A stretch of DNA of 64,000 nt, from NCBI GenBank assembly GCA_963724765.1, contig CAVRVY010000003.1:992001-1056000 (forward strand), in the 5' to 3' direction. Source of the DNA: an uncultured delta proteobacterium. GTDB taxonomy: Bacteria; Desulfobacterota; Binatia; Binatales; Binataceae. The position numbers and the translations under genes were made by a program. The notes under the pieces were generated by a model. It was given only the letters and a program-made list of their open reading frames with translations, made no database searches and was not told the DNA's origin. Position 1 is the stretch's first letter; each line of letters starts with the position of its first letter. Shown here one piece after another: positions 29,806 through 40,038 of this stretch.

Positions 29806-31194
29806 CTAAATCTTCGGCAGCGGCAGTGGGCCGCGCGCGAGTTCGTAAGCGTCGGCCACCTGCAACACCGTGATTTCGTCGAACGGCTTGCCGACGATCT
29901 GCATCGAGAGCGGCAGCCCGTCGTTCGAGAGCCCGGTTGGAATCGAAACCGCCGGCTGCCCGGTAGCGTTGAATGGTCCGGTGAAGCGCACCATGTTGGC
30001 GATCATGTCGTAAGACCGGTCGTCGATTCTTGGCGCGGCGGTCGCCTGCGACGGCGCGAGCAGGACGGCATGGTCCTGCAGCGCAGCGAGCGCCTCGGCC
30101 AGCATCAGGTTGCGCTCGCGCTGCGCGCGGACGTAGTTGACCGCCGTAATCGTCATCGAGGTTTCGATGAGCGAGCGGACGTCCGAGCCGTAGTCGCCGG
30201 GCCGCTCGCGTATCCACTGTTCATGAAATTCCAGGGCCTCGGCCATCAGCACCACCATCGTGACCAGCGAGCCCTCGATGAACGATGGGATCGAAACCTC
30301 CTCGACCGTCGCGCCCAGCGATCCGAGTTGCTTGAGCGCCGCGCTGAATGCCCGCGATACCGGCTCCGACACGCCGGTGTTGAGCTCACGGATTACGCCG
30401 ACGCGCATCCCCTTGAGGTCGCCGCCCAGCCGGCTGGTGTAATCGGGCACCGGCTCGCGGCTGGAGGTCGCGTCGTTAGGGTCGTAGCCGGCGATGACGT
30501 TGAGCATCAGCGCGGCGTCGCGCGCGGTGCGAGTGATCGGTCCGGTGTGGTCGAGCGAGTCCGACAGCGGCATCACGCCGTAGCGGCTGACGCGGCTCCA
30601 GGTCTGTTTGAGCCCGACGCATCCGCAGCACGCCGCCGGAATCCGAATCGAGCCGCCGGTGTCGGTCCCGATCGTCGCTGCCGCGGTGCGCGCGACGATC
30701 GCGGCGCCGGAGCCGCCGCTTGAGCCACCGGGGATGAGCTCGAGATCGTAGGGATTGTGGCAGGTGCCCCAATGAGGATTATTGCTGGACGCGCCGTAAG
30801 CAAACTCGTGCAGGTTGAGCTTGCCGAGCAGCACTGCGCCCGCCTCGCTAAGCCGCGTCCATACGGTCGAGTCGTGGTCGGGAACGAAGTCGCCCAGGAT
30901 TTTCGATCCGCCAGTGGTCAGGATGCCCTTGGTATAGCAGAGGTCCTTGAGCCCGATTGGCACGCCGTGAAACGGCCCGCGCCATCGCCCGGCGGTGATT
31001 TCCGTCTCGGCCTTGCGCGCCATCGCGCGCGCCACGTCGGCGGTCACCGTGATGTAGGAGTTGACGCGTTCGTCGACCGCCTCGATGCGATCGAGATAGG
31101 CCTGGGTCAGTTCGACCGGAGAGATTTCCCTGGCGCGCAGTTTCTGCGACAGCGCGGCCACGTCGAAATCGAGCAATGGGCTGGGATTGGCCAT
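29806..31194 (-). CDS. Amidase-signature family enzyme (GatA/AtzE-like)
   Basis: GVPIGLKD, GGSSGGS, GTDTGGSIRIPA. Confidence 0.95.
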   Translation of the reverse strand: MANPSPLLDFDVAALSQKLRAREISPVELTQAYLDRIEAVDERVNSYITVTADVARAMARKAETEITAGRWRGPFHGVPIGLKDLCYTKGILTTGGSKILGDFVPDHDSTVWTRLSEAGAVLLGKLNLHEFAYGASSNNPHWGTCHNPYDLELIPGGSSGGSGAAIVARTAAATIGTDTGGSIRIPAACCGCVGLKQTWSRVSRYGVMPLSDSLDHTGPITRTARDAALMLNVIAGYDPNDATSSREPVPDYTSRLGGDLKGMRVGVIRELNTGVSEPVSRAFSAALKQLGSLGATVEEVSIPSFIEGSLVTMVVLMAEALEFHEQWIRERPGDYGSDVRSLIETSMTITAVNYVRAQRERNLMLAEALAALQDHAVLLAPSQATAAPRIDDRSYDMIANMVRFTGPFNATGQPAVSIPTGLSNDGLPLSMQIVGKPFDEITVLQVADAYELARGPLPLPKI

Positions 31195-31328
31195 CGGTCA
31201 CCTCGCCGTGTGGATTGATCTTTCGCGGATGGGCGGGCGCGGCAGCGGGCCACCCGCCGTCCACGCGCGATACCCTAGCGCAATTTCTCGCGAAGGGGTG
31301 AGCGGCGCGCAGGCTCCCGGGCGATAGG

Positions 31329-33656
31329 CTACTTCAGGATGCCGCGGCGGCGGAGATCGGCGATCCGGTCGCGGTCGTAGCCGAGGTGGCGCGCGAGAAT
31401 TTCCTCGCTATGCTCGCCCAGAAGCGGCGCGGCGTGTTCGACCTTACCGGGCATCGCGGAAAACTTCGCCAGCGTGCCGGTCTGTACGACAGATCCCCAT
31501 TGCGAATGATGCAGCTCGGCGAGCAGCTCATTGGCATTGACCTGCGGATCGTCGAAGAGGTCGGCCGCGCGATGCGTGCTGAGCGCCGGGACGCCGGCCG
31601 CGGTCAACAACGCTAACGCCTGCGCACGGTCGACGGCTGCGAATGCCGCGGCGATCGCCTGCGCGAGCACGCCGTCCTCTTGCTCGCGCGCGGCCGCCGC
31701 ATACGGCGAATCGGCTGCGAGCTTGCACACGCGGCGCATCGCTTCCCACTGCGCCGGTTCCGCGACATGAACAAACAGCCACTCTCCATCGCGGCACTGG
31801 TAGGCGCGGCAGAGTGCCGAACGGCCACGGGATTCCGGCCGACCATTTTCCATATCGGGCCGGCCGTCGTAGAAGATGAATTCGCCCGCCTGGAAAGCCA
31901 TCGCGGACTGCAACAGCGAAGTTTCACAGGGCTGGCCGCGGCCGAGACGCTCGCGCGCGCGCAGCGCCAGCACGCATCCGAACGCCGACAGCATCGCGGC
32001 CCCGTAATCGCAGATCGCGCAAGTGAGATAGAGCGGCGGCTGATGGTGCCCGCCCTCGGCCGCCATCAGGCCCGAACGCGCCTGCAACAGCGGGTCGAAG
32101 CCGGGCTGGTTGTGTTCCGGGCCCCGATTGCCGAAGCCGTTGACCGACATGTAGATGAGGCGCGGATTGATCGCCGAGAGCGACTGGTAGTCCAGCTCAA
32201 AGCGGCGCATCCTGCCCGGCCGCAGATTCTCGACCACGATGTCGGCGCGGCGCACCAGGCCGTGGATTATCTCGCGCCCCTCGGGCGTGGCGAGGTCGAG
32301 CGAAAGCGCGCGCTTGCCCTGGTTCCATCCGAGAAAGCCGAAACCGAAGTGGCGGAACGCGTCGCCCTCGAGGCTTTCGATCTTGATCACGTCGGCGCCC
32401 ATCTGACCGAGGATCATCGGGCCGTATGAGCCGGCGATGTAGCTGCAGAAGTCGAGCACCAGCAGGCCGTCGAGCGGCCCGCGGTCGAATCTGCCGTCGC
32501 GCGGGGAGCCGTTGTGTGAGCGCGACGGCGGCGCGGCGAGCCATCCCTCGACGGTGCGATCATCTTTTGCCGCCGGCGCCGGCCCGGCGATTTCGCCCGG
32601 CGTGAGCTCGAGTCCCACCGCGATGCCGCCCTGGATCGTCGCGCCGAGCGTGGGATCGTCGATCGCGCGACGCATCCCGAGCGCGTCCACCTGCGGATGG
32701 TTGATGAATTCGCTGCGCGAGAGCACCGGCGCGCATGGAATGTCGTTCTCGCGCAGGATGCGGAGCCATTCTTCACGCGGGCGGGTCGAAATTATCTCCT
32801 GCAGCAGATCCTTGAGAGCTTGGCGATGCTGCGTAGGCACGCCCCACGGCGCGCCCTCGAAGCGGGGGTCGGAAACCAGTTCGGGCCGATCGATCGCCAG
32901 CGCCAGCTTGTTCCAGAACGTCACGTTGCCGCAGGCCACGAACAGATACTGGTCGTCGGCGGCGCGAAACAGCCGGTAGCAGGGAATCGGGCCGAGCGGG
33001 TCGAGCGGCCCTTCATACATGCGGGTCATGTTCTCGTGGCGCATGATGCCGCCGGTCTGGAGCGAAAATGCGCCGGCCAGTAGCGAAACCTCGACAACTT
33101 GTCCGCGCCGGTTTCCGCTGCCGCCATCGTCGCGCGCACACAACGCCGCGACCGCCGCGGTCGCGCCGAGCACGCCGGCCGAATAGCTAGCGGCGGGAAA
33201 ATGCAGCGCCACCGGATTTCCGCTGAGCGCCCACTGGCTGCCGTAGATGCCGCCGAGTGCGGAGGCTAACTCATCGCTGGCGTCGAAGTCGGCGAGCGGG
33301 CCGCGATTTCCGAGTGGGGGAACGTGCAGCACGACCAGGTGTGGATTGATGCGGCTGAGCGCTGCGCAATCGAGTTCAAGCTCGCGCATCCGCGCCTCAG
33401 TCCATCCGAACACCGCCACGTCGGCCCATCGAAGAAGGCGCTCGACCCGAGCGCGCTCGGCCTGGACGTCGAAAGACAGCGCGCGCTTGCTCCGATTCAG
33501 CGCGTGAAAGTGCGCCGTGCCGCGTCCGCGAGCGCCCCCTGGCGGTTCCACCAGGATGGCGCGCGCACCCTGCTCGGCAAGCAGCATCGCGGCATAGGCG
33601 GCGCCGTGGTTGGAGCTGAATTCGACCAGGTTGATGCCTTCGAGAGCCTTATTCAT
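31329..33656 (-). CDS. Family III CoA-transferase (CaiB/BaiF), two fused domains
   Basis: Two copies of the LAEQGA..I.VE / LGQMGADVIKIE and NRSKR / NQGKR motifs; APLLGEHS. Confidence 0.9.
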   Translation of the reverse strand: MNKALEGINLVEFSSNHGAAYAAMLLAEQGARAILVEPPGGARGRGTAHFHALNRSKRALSFDVQAERARVERLLRWADVAVFGWTEARMRELELDCAALSRINPHLVVLHVPPLGNRGPLADFDASDELASALGGIYGSQWALSGNPVALHFPAASYSAGVLGATAAVAALCARDDGGSGNRRGQVVEVSLLAGAFSLQTGGIMRHENMTRMYEGPLDPLGPIPCYRLFRAADDQYLFVACGNVTFWNKLALAIDRPELVSDPRFEGAPWGVPTQHRQALKDLLQEIISTRPREEWLRILRENDIPCAPVLSRSEFINHPQVDALGMRRAIDDPTLGATIQGGIAVGLELTPGEIAGPAPAAKDDRTVEGWLAAPPSRSHNGSPRDGRFDRGPLDGLLVLDFCSYIAGSYGPMILGQMGADVIKIESLEGDAFRHFGFGFLGWNQGKRALSLDLATPEGREIIHGLVRRADIVVENLRPGRMRRFELDYQSLSAINPRLIYMSVNGFGNRGPEHNQPGFDPLLQARSGLMAAEGGHHQPPLYLTCAICDYGAAMLSAFGCVLALRARERLGRGQPCETSLLQSAMAFQAGEFIFYDGRPDMENGRPESRGRSALCRAYQCRDGEWLFVHVAEPAQWEAMRRVCKLAADSPYAAAAREQEDGVLAQAIAAAFAAVDRAQALALLTAAGVPALSTHRAADLFDDPQVNANELLAELHHSQWGSVVQTGTLAKFSAMPGKVEHAAPLLGEHSEEILARHLGYDRDRIADLRRRGILK

Positions 33657-33793
33657 CAAAGCTGCTCCGCGTTAACTTGGCTTCGCGCGAACTGCGGGCA
33701 GTCGAAATTCTCACGAGGCGGGCGGCGCGTGCAAGCGCTCGAAAACAGCAGTTCCGTCATTGCGAGTGGCCGCACGCGGATGAATTCAACCCC

Positions 33794-33823
33794 GCATAAC
33801 GGTGGCGTAACCGGCGCTTAACC
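33794..33823 (+). promoter_or_regulatory. Pho-box-like site: three GCNTAAC direct repeats at 11-bp spacing
   Basis: GCATAAC 33794, GCGTAAC 33805, GCTTAAC 33816, upstream of the cluster that includes pstS. Confidence 0.6.
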
Positions 33824-33944
33824 TTTGCACTTTAAAACACCCCGCGTGGGCAGTATCCCTACGCGGGACCGCTGTCACTACGCTCAAAAAACTAGGCAAG
33901 GATGGTCGCGCTCGACTTGGGGCAGCGACAACGCAGGGGGTCAA

Positions 33945-34715
33945 ATGAAGCTAGGAGGAGTTGGTCGATTCGGGTTGGGACTGGTCGCTGGCGCAGCGCT
34001 GGCTATAGCCACGGGATGCGCCTCGACGGCCGGATGGGGTCCGACGCCGCCGGTGACGGCTACGTCGCCATCGGCGGGGCACGGGGCACCCCGATTCGCA
34101 GAGACGTCGGGACTAGGGGCTTTCACCTGGCGAGAGACCGAAGTGCCGCCATGGGTCCGCGTGCAGGACTGCGCGATCGTAGCGATCTCTTCGCCCGATC
34201 GCTGGGCCTGCCCTGACGGGAAGGTCTACACCAGCTCTGATCTAGCCCGGGCGCGGACCCGCGAGTATGAACTTCCGCCGCTACCGCCGCCAGCGCCCAT
34301 TGTCCTGACCGCATATCCGGAGCAGCCATCCGCGCCGGTGGAAAAGATGGTTCTGCGCGGCGTGCACTTCGATTTTAACAAGGCGGACATCCGTGCCCAG
34401 GACGCGGCCGTTCTGGACGAGGCCGCGGAAACCCTGAAGGCACACCCGGACGTGGCGGTCGCCGCAAATGGGTACTGCGACTCTATCGGCGGGGTTAGAT
34501 ACAACCTGAGGCTTTCTCAACGCCGGGCCGACGCAGTTGTGAGGTACCTGGCCGACCACGGCATCGCGGAAAGCCGACTGAGCCCGCACGGCTTCGGCAA
34601 GACGGACTTCGTTGCCAGTAACAGTACCGAGGAAGGACGCGCCCAGAACCGCAGGGTCGAACTGGTGCCGAACCAGGGCGGCGGGCGGGTGTTCATCATG
34701 GGAGTTCCACAGTAA
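33945..34715 (+). CDS. OmpA-family peptidoglycan-binding lipoprotein with an unrecognised two-Cys N-terminal domain
   Basis: Lipobox ATGC, VHFDFNKA, YNLRLSQRRA, GRAQNRRVE. Confidence 0.9.
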   Translation: MKLGGVGRFGLGLVAGAALAIATGCASTAGWGPTPPVTATSPSAGHGAPRFAETSGLGAFTWRETEVPPWVRVQDCAIVAISSPDRWACPDGKVYTSSDLARARTREYELPPLPPPAPIVLTAYPEQPSAPVEKMVLRGVHFDFNKADIRAQDAAVLDEAAETLKAHPDVAVAANGYCDSIGGVRYNLRLSQRRADAVVRYLADHGIAESRLSPHGFGKTDFVASNSTEEGRAQNRRVELVPNQGGGRVFIMGVPQ

Positions 34716-34752
34716 GCCGGCAAAGTCCGTTCCGGTCATCGCAGGGGGTCAA

Positions 34753-35091
34753 ATGAAGAGAGGACGAATTGGTCGATTCTGTTTGGCAGTGATCGCCGGC
34801 GCGACGCTGGGATTGGCCACCGGATGCGCATCGATAAACCTATCGAGGGCCGGATGGGGTCCGGCGCCGCCGAACACTGGCGCTCCGGTCGCGGCGCAGC
34901 AAGGCGCACCCCGGTTCACCGAGACTACCACGATGCACCTGACCGACAAGGAGCAGGCGGCGAAGCCGCCGTCGTGGATACGGGTGCAGGACTGCGCGAT
35001 CGTGGCGATCTCGACGCCGAGCCGCTACGCCTGCCCCGACGGCAAGGTCTACACCGGCACCGAGCTCTACCAGGCTCGGTCCGGCAGTTAG
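34753..35091 (+). CDS. Small lipoprotein paralogous to the N-terminal domain of the upstream OmpA protein
   Basis: Lipobox ATGC; shared W.RVQDCAIVAIS.P.R.ACPDGKVYT; identical leader GCAGGGGGTCAAATGAAG. Confidence 0.8.
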   Translation: MKRGRIGRFCLAVIAGATLGLATGCASINLSRAGWGPAPPNTGAPVAAQQGAPRFTETTTMHLTDKEQAAKPPSWIRVQDCAIVAISTPSRYACPDGKVYTGTELYQARSGS

Positions 35092-35220
35092 GCGGGATCA
35101 GTGAGATCGCCTGACAGCGCAAGCACATTGGGCCGCCGCAAGGGTGGCGGTAAGGCAGGTCGCCTCACGGCGACGGGGGTCAGTCGGTACAACGGCCGAA
35201 CAGCCGAGGAGAGAGGGTCA

Positions 35221-36978
35221 ATGAAACGTAAAAGGTTACATACTCTAGCGCTCGCGATCATAGTCGTCGGCGCCGTCGCCGCGGTGGGGCCGCAGCGCGC
35301 TGCCGCGCAGGTTCCGGGCAGCGGCGGAGTGAAGCTATGGGTCGACCAGCGGACCGGCCAGGTCTTCGTGCGGCCTGGCGCCGGGCGCGTTCCACTGTCG
35401 CTGACGACCGCGGATGAAAACACGATCGAGCAGCAGGTCGAGCAGAAGGTCCAGGCCAGGACCGACGCGCAGATAAAGGCGCAGGTCCAGCAGAGCGCCG
35501 CACAACTACAGGAGCAGAACCAGGTACTGGCAACTCAGGTCGAACAGATGGAGCCGGCCTGGAAGAGCTACATGGATGATTTCCATGACAAGTTCCGGCT
35601 GGGTGCGGTTTTCTACGGCGACTACCGTTTCTATACCAACACCGGGTTCCAGCCGCAGGAGTTGACCCAGTTGACCAACCTGGGTCCAGGCAACAACAAT
35701 TACAACTCGTTCGACATTACCCGCACCTATCTCAATTTCTTCTTCTTTCCGACCAAGGATTGGACGCTCCGCATAACGCCGAACATGTACAAGACTATCG
35801 GCTCGTCCAACAACAAGGTCGGCCAGACCACAGGGTTCGGCAGCAATCTGGACGGCGACCTCGGCGTGCGTATCAAGTACGCCTCGCTGGCGTACAGCGG
35901 GCTGTGGGACCAGGTTCCGATGCTCAAGGGTGGGACGGTTTCAATCGGCGAAATCCCCAACCCGCTGGTCGATTGGGAAGAGCAACTCTACGGATTCCGC
36001 TTTGTCAACCTGACACCGTGGAACTGGCTGAGCCTCTCTTCGACACAGGTCGGCGTGTCGATGCAAGGACCGGTCAAGTTCAACGATAAGATGTACTTCG
36101 ACTACGACATCGGCGCCTACGACAACTCGAGCTTTCACGCCTTCGAGCAGACCGACACCAAGCAATTCATGGTGCGCGGGAGCTTTTACCCGTTCGGCAC
36201 GAACTGGCGCTACGACGGACTGGGTATAACCGGTTTCTATAACTATGGCTACGGCAACACGGCGCCCGATACGGCGAATCTGCCGACGGCGCTTAAGGGT
36301 GGCGACGCGCACATCCAGAGGATCGCGGCGCTAGTGCATTACACCGCCTACAATTGGGGCTTGGCGGGCGAGTACGATGCAGGCCGCAACGCGTTCCAGG
36401 CTTCCAACCTGTGGTCCGGCAGCGGTCCGGCCGACGCGTTTGGCTTCCCGACCGGCAAGGCGATCACCTCGGGTACCTTCGCTGGCAACACCTGCGGCAA
36501 CAACACTACGGTCATTGTGAAGGGCAAACCAACAATCATCCAGCCTTGCTATCCGATATTTAACACCTTCGGACCGCAGGCGGATGCGCAAACGGCGATC
36601 CTCAACAATGGCCAGGCGGATCAGCAGGGTTTCGACTTCTTCGGGCATTTCCATATTCCGGAAACCCCACTCACCGCGTTCGGCATGTTCCAGTGGTTGT
36701 TGCCTAACACGAATTTCTCGAACGATCCTCTGGACTTTTACCGCTGGGTCTTCGGTATAAGCTACCAGTACAACGAGTATCTGCGCTTCGCAATCGACAA
36801 CCAGAACATCTCCTACTACCACAGCCAGCAGTCGATTCCGATCTCGGTGCTGAAACCCTTCGGCTATGCGCCGGGCGGCACTTTCAACGGCCAGACGCTG
36901 CCCAAGACCGGCAGCATCCCGGACATGGTGCAGCGCGATACGCACTCCATATTCGCCAACGTGGAGTTCAGCTACTGA
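35221..36978 (+). CDS. Outer-membrane beta-barrel porin, possibly for phosphate uptake
   Basis: Signal peptide, N-terminal coiled coil, FDITRTYLNF, aromatic C-terminus FANVEFSY; adjacent to pstS. Confidence 0.75.
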   Translation: MKRKRLHTLALAIIVVGAVAAVGPQRAAAQVPGSGGVKLWVDQRTGQVFVRPGAGRVPLSLTTADENTIEQQVEQKVQARTDAQIKAQVQQSAAQLQEQNQVLATQVEQMEPAWKSYMDDFHDKFRLGAVFYGDYRFYTNTGFQPQELTQLTNLGPGNNNYNSFDITRTYLNFFFFPTKDWTLRITPNMYKTIGSSNNKVGQTTGFGSNLDGDLGVRIKYASLAYSGLWDQVPMLKGGTVSIGEIPNPLVDWEEQLYGFRFVNLTPWNWLSLSSTQVGVSMQGPVKFNDKMYFDYDIGAYDNSSFHAFEQTDTKQFMVRGSFYPFGTNWRYDGLGITGFYNYGYGNTAPDTANLPTALKGGDAHIQRIAALVHYTAYNWGLAGEYDAGRNAFQASNLWSGSGPADAFGFPTGKAITSGTFAGNTCGNNTTVIVKGKPTIIQPCYPIFNTFGPQADAQTAILNNGQADQQGFDFFGHFHIPETPLTAFGMFQWLLPNTNFSNDPLDFYRWVFGISYQYNEYLRFAIDNQNISYYHSQQSIPISVLKPFGYAPGGTFNGQTLPKTGSIPDMVQRDTHSIFANVEFSY

Positions 36979-37000
36979 GATAGTTCTCGTTCCCCGGCCA

Positions 37001-37049
37001 CGGCGGCGGCGTGGATGAGTCCTCCCCGGCTCATCTGCGGCCGCCGCCG
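37001..37049. other. Long GC-rich intercistronic stem-loop between the porin gene and pstS
   Basis: CGGCGGCGGCGTGGATGAG ... CTCATCTGCGGCCGCCGCCG. Confidence 0.55.
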
Positions 37050-37135
37050 CATTTCTTCGGACAACCAGATGCTGTATGTAAGGGTTCAAAGGGCGAATAC
37101 AAAATAGTCTGCGGCAAAAAATAGAGGAAAAGCAA

Positions 37136-38197
37136 TTGAACGGACGGGTTCGCAGTTTGGCGGCGTATAGTTTTAAACCATCGATCCTGTTGTTGGGCGG
37201 AGCGATTGTTCTCGCTGTCGCCGCCCAGGTGTGTATCGCGGCGCTGCGCTTAACCGGAGCCGGCGCCACGTTTCCCTATCCGATGTATTCGAAGTGGTTC
37301 GACCAGTATCACAAACTGCATCCGGACATTGAGGTCAACTACCAGTCGATCGGATCGGGCGGCGGAATCAGGCAGGTGACTGACGGAACCGTCGACTTTG
37401 GCGCCACGGACGGCCCGATGAGCGACGAACAAATCAAGGCATTCAAGGATAAGCATCAGTTCGGCATCCTGCATTTTCCGACCGTGATCGGCGCCGTCGT
37501 TCCGTCCTATGACCTGCCGGGTGTCAAAGGGCCGCTCAACTTCACTCCCGAAATGCTCGCCGGAATTTTCCTGGGCAAGATCACGAAATGGAACGATCCG
37601 GCGCTGGTCAAGATCAACCCCGGCGCGGGCCTTCCCGATAGCGGCATCGTGGTGGCGCATCGCGCCGATGGCAGCGGGACGACCTACGTGTGGACTGACT
37701 ATCTGAGCAAAGTCAGCGATGAATGGGCCAAGAACGTCGGCAAAGGCACGGCGGTCAAATGGCCGGCCGGATTGGGCGGCAAGGGCAATGAGGGAGTCGC
37801 CGCGATCATCAAGAATACGCCGAACTCGATCGGCTACGTCGAACTGATCTATGCGCTGAGGAGCGACATGCCTTACGGCGAGGTGCAGAACAAGGCGGGC
37901 AAGTTCATCAAGGGCTCGCTTGCGACGGCCAGCGCCGCCGCGGCCGGGGTCAAGATGCCGGATGACTTCAGGGTGTCGATCACCAACTCCGCCGCATCCG
38001 ACGCCTATCCCATCACCAGCTTCACCTGGTTGCTGATCCCCCAAAAGATTTCCGATCCGGCCAAGAAAACGGCTATAACGAATCTGCTGAAATGGATTCT
38101 TACAACCGGCCAGGGGATGACCTCAAAGCTGTCCTACGCGCCGCTGCCGAAGGTGGTGGTGGACAAGGAACTGAGGGCCATATCGCTCATTCAATAA
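37136..38197 (+). CDS. pstS: Phosphate ABC transporter substrate-binding protein
   Basis: GAGATFPYP, NYQSIGSGGG, DFGATD, RADGSGTT, GKGNEGV, YPI. Confidence 0.96.
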   Translation: MNGRVRSLAAYSFKPSILLLGGAIVLAVAAQVCIAALRLTGAGATFPYPMYSKWFDQYHKLHPDIEVNYQSIGSGGGIRQVTDGTVDFGATDGPMSDEQIKAFKDKHQFGILHFPTVIGAVVPSYDLPGVKGPLNFTPEMLAGIFLGKITKWNDPALVKINPGAGLPDSGIVVAHRADGSGTTYVWTDYLSKVSDEWAKNVGKGTAVKWPAGLGGKGNEGVAAIIKNTPNSIGYVELIYALRSDMPYGEVQNKAGKFIKGSLATASAAAAGVKMPDDFRVSITNSAASDAYPITSFTWLLIPQKISDPAKKTAITNLLKWILTTGQGMTSKLSYAPLPKVVVDKELRAISLIQ

Positions 38198-38226
38198 GCA
38201 AGGGGTCGCGGCCGCATCTTTCAGGC

Positions 38227-38652
38227 GTGCCACGGCCGTCGCGTCGCGTGGCAGCGGCCTTCGCGCTGGCGGTGGCCGCACTGCTCGCCGGATGCTTCAT
38301 GCAGGAGACGCCGCAGCAGCGCGCCGAGCGGATCGAGCCGATGCTGGCGGCGGCCGGCTTCCACGTGCTGCCCGCCGATACGCCCGCGCGGCTCGCCGAG
38401 ACCCAGCGGCTGACGCCGCTCAAGGTCCGCTACTACATCGACAACGGCAAGCCGCGCTACTGGTTCAACGATCCGGTTAACTGCCACTGCGTTTACGTCG
38501 GCGGCGAAAAGAACTACCAGCAGTATGAGCAGATAAGGTTGAGCCAGCAGGCCGCCCGGCAGGAAAAGGAGGCGGCGGAGATGAACGAAGAGGCGGCGCA
38601 GCAAGAGCAGATGAACATGATGCTGTGGCCGGGCCCGTTCGTGATGTACTGA
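38227..38652 (+). CDS. Hypothetical lipoprotein
   Basis: Lipobox LAGC, LAAAGF, DP..CHCVYVG..NYQQY; start codon uncertain. Confidence 0.7.
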   Translation: MPRPSRRVAAAFALAVAALLAGCFMQETPQQRAERIEPMLAAAGFHVLPADTPARLAETQRLTPLKVRYYIDNGKPRYWFNDPVNCHCVYVGGEKNYQQYEQIRLSQQAARQEKEAAEMNEEAAQQEQMNMMLWPGPFVMY

Positions 38653-38811
38653 CCTCGCCCGCTAACCTGGCCTCGGGCGCGCGCTCAACGTGGGTCGCGG
38701 CCAAGTAATCGACGGCGCCATATACCTGCGGCAGCAAGTCGTCGGCGAAGCGGAGTCGGCGCTGCAGTCTCTGAGGATGAACGATTGCGGCAGAATTGCT
38801 CAAGCGAGCGG

Positions 38812-40038
38812 TTAGCGCGATACGGTATCGGTCAACGCCTGCCTCCGGGGCTGAGGCTCCATGGTTGCGTGCACCTTCATGCCGTTGCGCAAATCACCGC
38901 TGAAGGAAGCGACGACCAAATCGTTCATAGCCAGTCCCGAGGTGATTTCGATGTAGTCAGGACTGGTAATGCCGGTTCGGACTTGGGTCTCGGCCAATTG
39001 CCCGTTTTTAACCACGAAGACGGAGGCTTTCGAACCTTCCTGGTTAACCGCGGCGATAGGCAGCCGCATCGCATCGGGATGCGCAAGGAGAACGAGCTTT
39101 ACTTGCGCGTACATCCGCGGATAGAGCACCCCAGTGGGGTTGGCAATATCGATCTCGGTGAGCATGGTGCGAGTGCTAAGGTCAAGCGCCGTTGCATAGC
39201 GGCTCACTGAAGCGGTAACGGAAACGCCAGGCAAGTCGTCGAAGGTCAGAGTGGCGGGGGTGCCACGCCGGATGTAACGGCACCATCTTCCCGAGACGTA
39301 AACGTAAACCCGTAATTTGTCCATTTTAGCGAGGGTCAAAATGGGCCCTCCGCCAATTCGATGGCCGCCAGCGCCTTCGGTGGCACCCGGCGAGATTAGG
39401 GCCGAACTCTCGCTTACGCCAATGTCGCCGCCGCCTGCACGAACAAGGGCGCCGGGGTCGACAAAGCGCCCGGTGACGATTCCGTCGAAGGGCGCGACGA
39501 TACGGGTATAGCCAACCATCGTTTGGAGGGTATGAACCGAGGCCTGAGCCTGGCGGTACTTGGCGTTGGCGACGTCAACATCCTGTTGAGCGATCAGCCG
39601 CGCATCGGAGCTTTGCACGCGGCGCAACCTTTGGTAGGTAATCTGGTCAATCGCCATCCTGGCCTGCGCCTGTTCCAGGTCGGAATGAAGTTCAGGCACT
39701 TCAATTGTGGCGAGGACTTGGCCGGCTTTGACCCGATCACCCTTATCGACGGAAATCGAGGCTAAGTATCCTGTGACTTTGGAGTGTAAAGCAGCTTCGT
39801 AGAAGCCGACCAGGTCGCCCGGAAGCTCGATACTCAGCGACATTGGGCCGCGCTCGGGATGGATGACGCCGACCGTTCGTTCGGCTGGAGGCTTGGCGAT
39901 TTCTGGTTGCTTACCGCATCCGAGGAGGGCAAGGCCAGCGCAGAGCAAGACGAGCCCGGTCAATCCGCGGATGCCAAAAGTGCGGCCTCCGCTTTTACAG
40001 GAATGGAAAAAAGGCTCCTGAACTTGCTGGACGATCAT
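38812..40038 (-). CDS. RND efflux membrane-fusion protein
   Basis: Lipoyl-like halves VDKGDRVKAGQVLA and IVAPFDGIV; lipobox-like LLGC. Confidence 0.92.
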   Translation of the reverse strand: MIVQQVQEPFFHSCKSGGRTFGIRGLTGLVLLCAGLALLGCGKQPEIAKPPAERTVGVIHPERGPMSLSIELPGDLVGFYEAALHSKVTGYLASISVDKGDRVKAGQVLATIEVPELHSDLEQAQARMAIDQITYQRLRRVQSSDARLIAQQDVDVANAKYRQAQASVHTLQTMVGYTRIVAPFDGIVTGRFVDPGALVRAGGGDIGVSESSALISPGATEGAGGHRIGGGPILTLAKMDKLRVYVYVSGRWCRYIRRGTPATLTFDDLPGVSVTASVSRYATALDLSTRTMLTEIDIANPTGVLYPRMYAQVKLVLLAHPDAMRLPIAAVNQEGSKASVFVVKNGQLAETQVRTGITSPDYIEITSGLAMNDLVVASFSGDLRNGMKVHATMEPQPRRQALTDTVSR

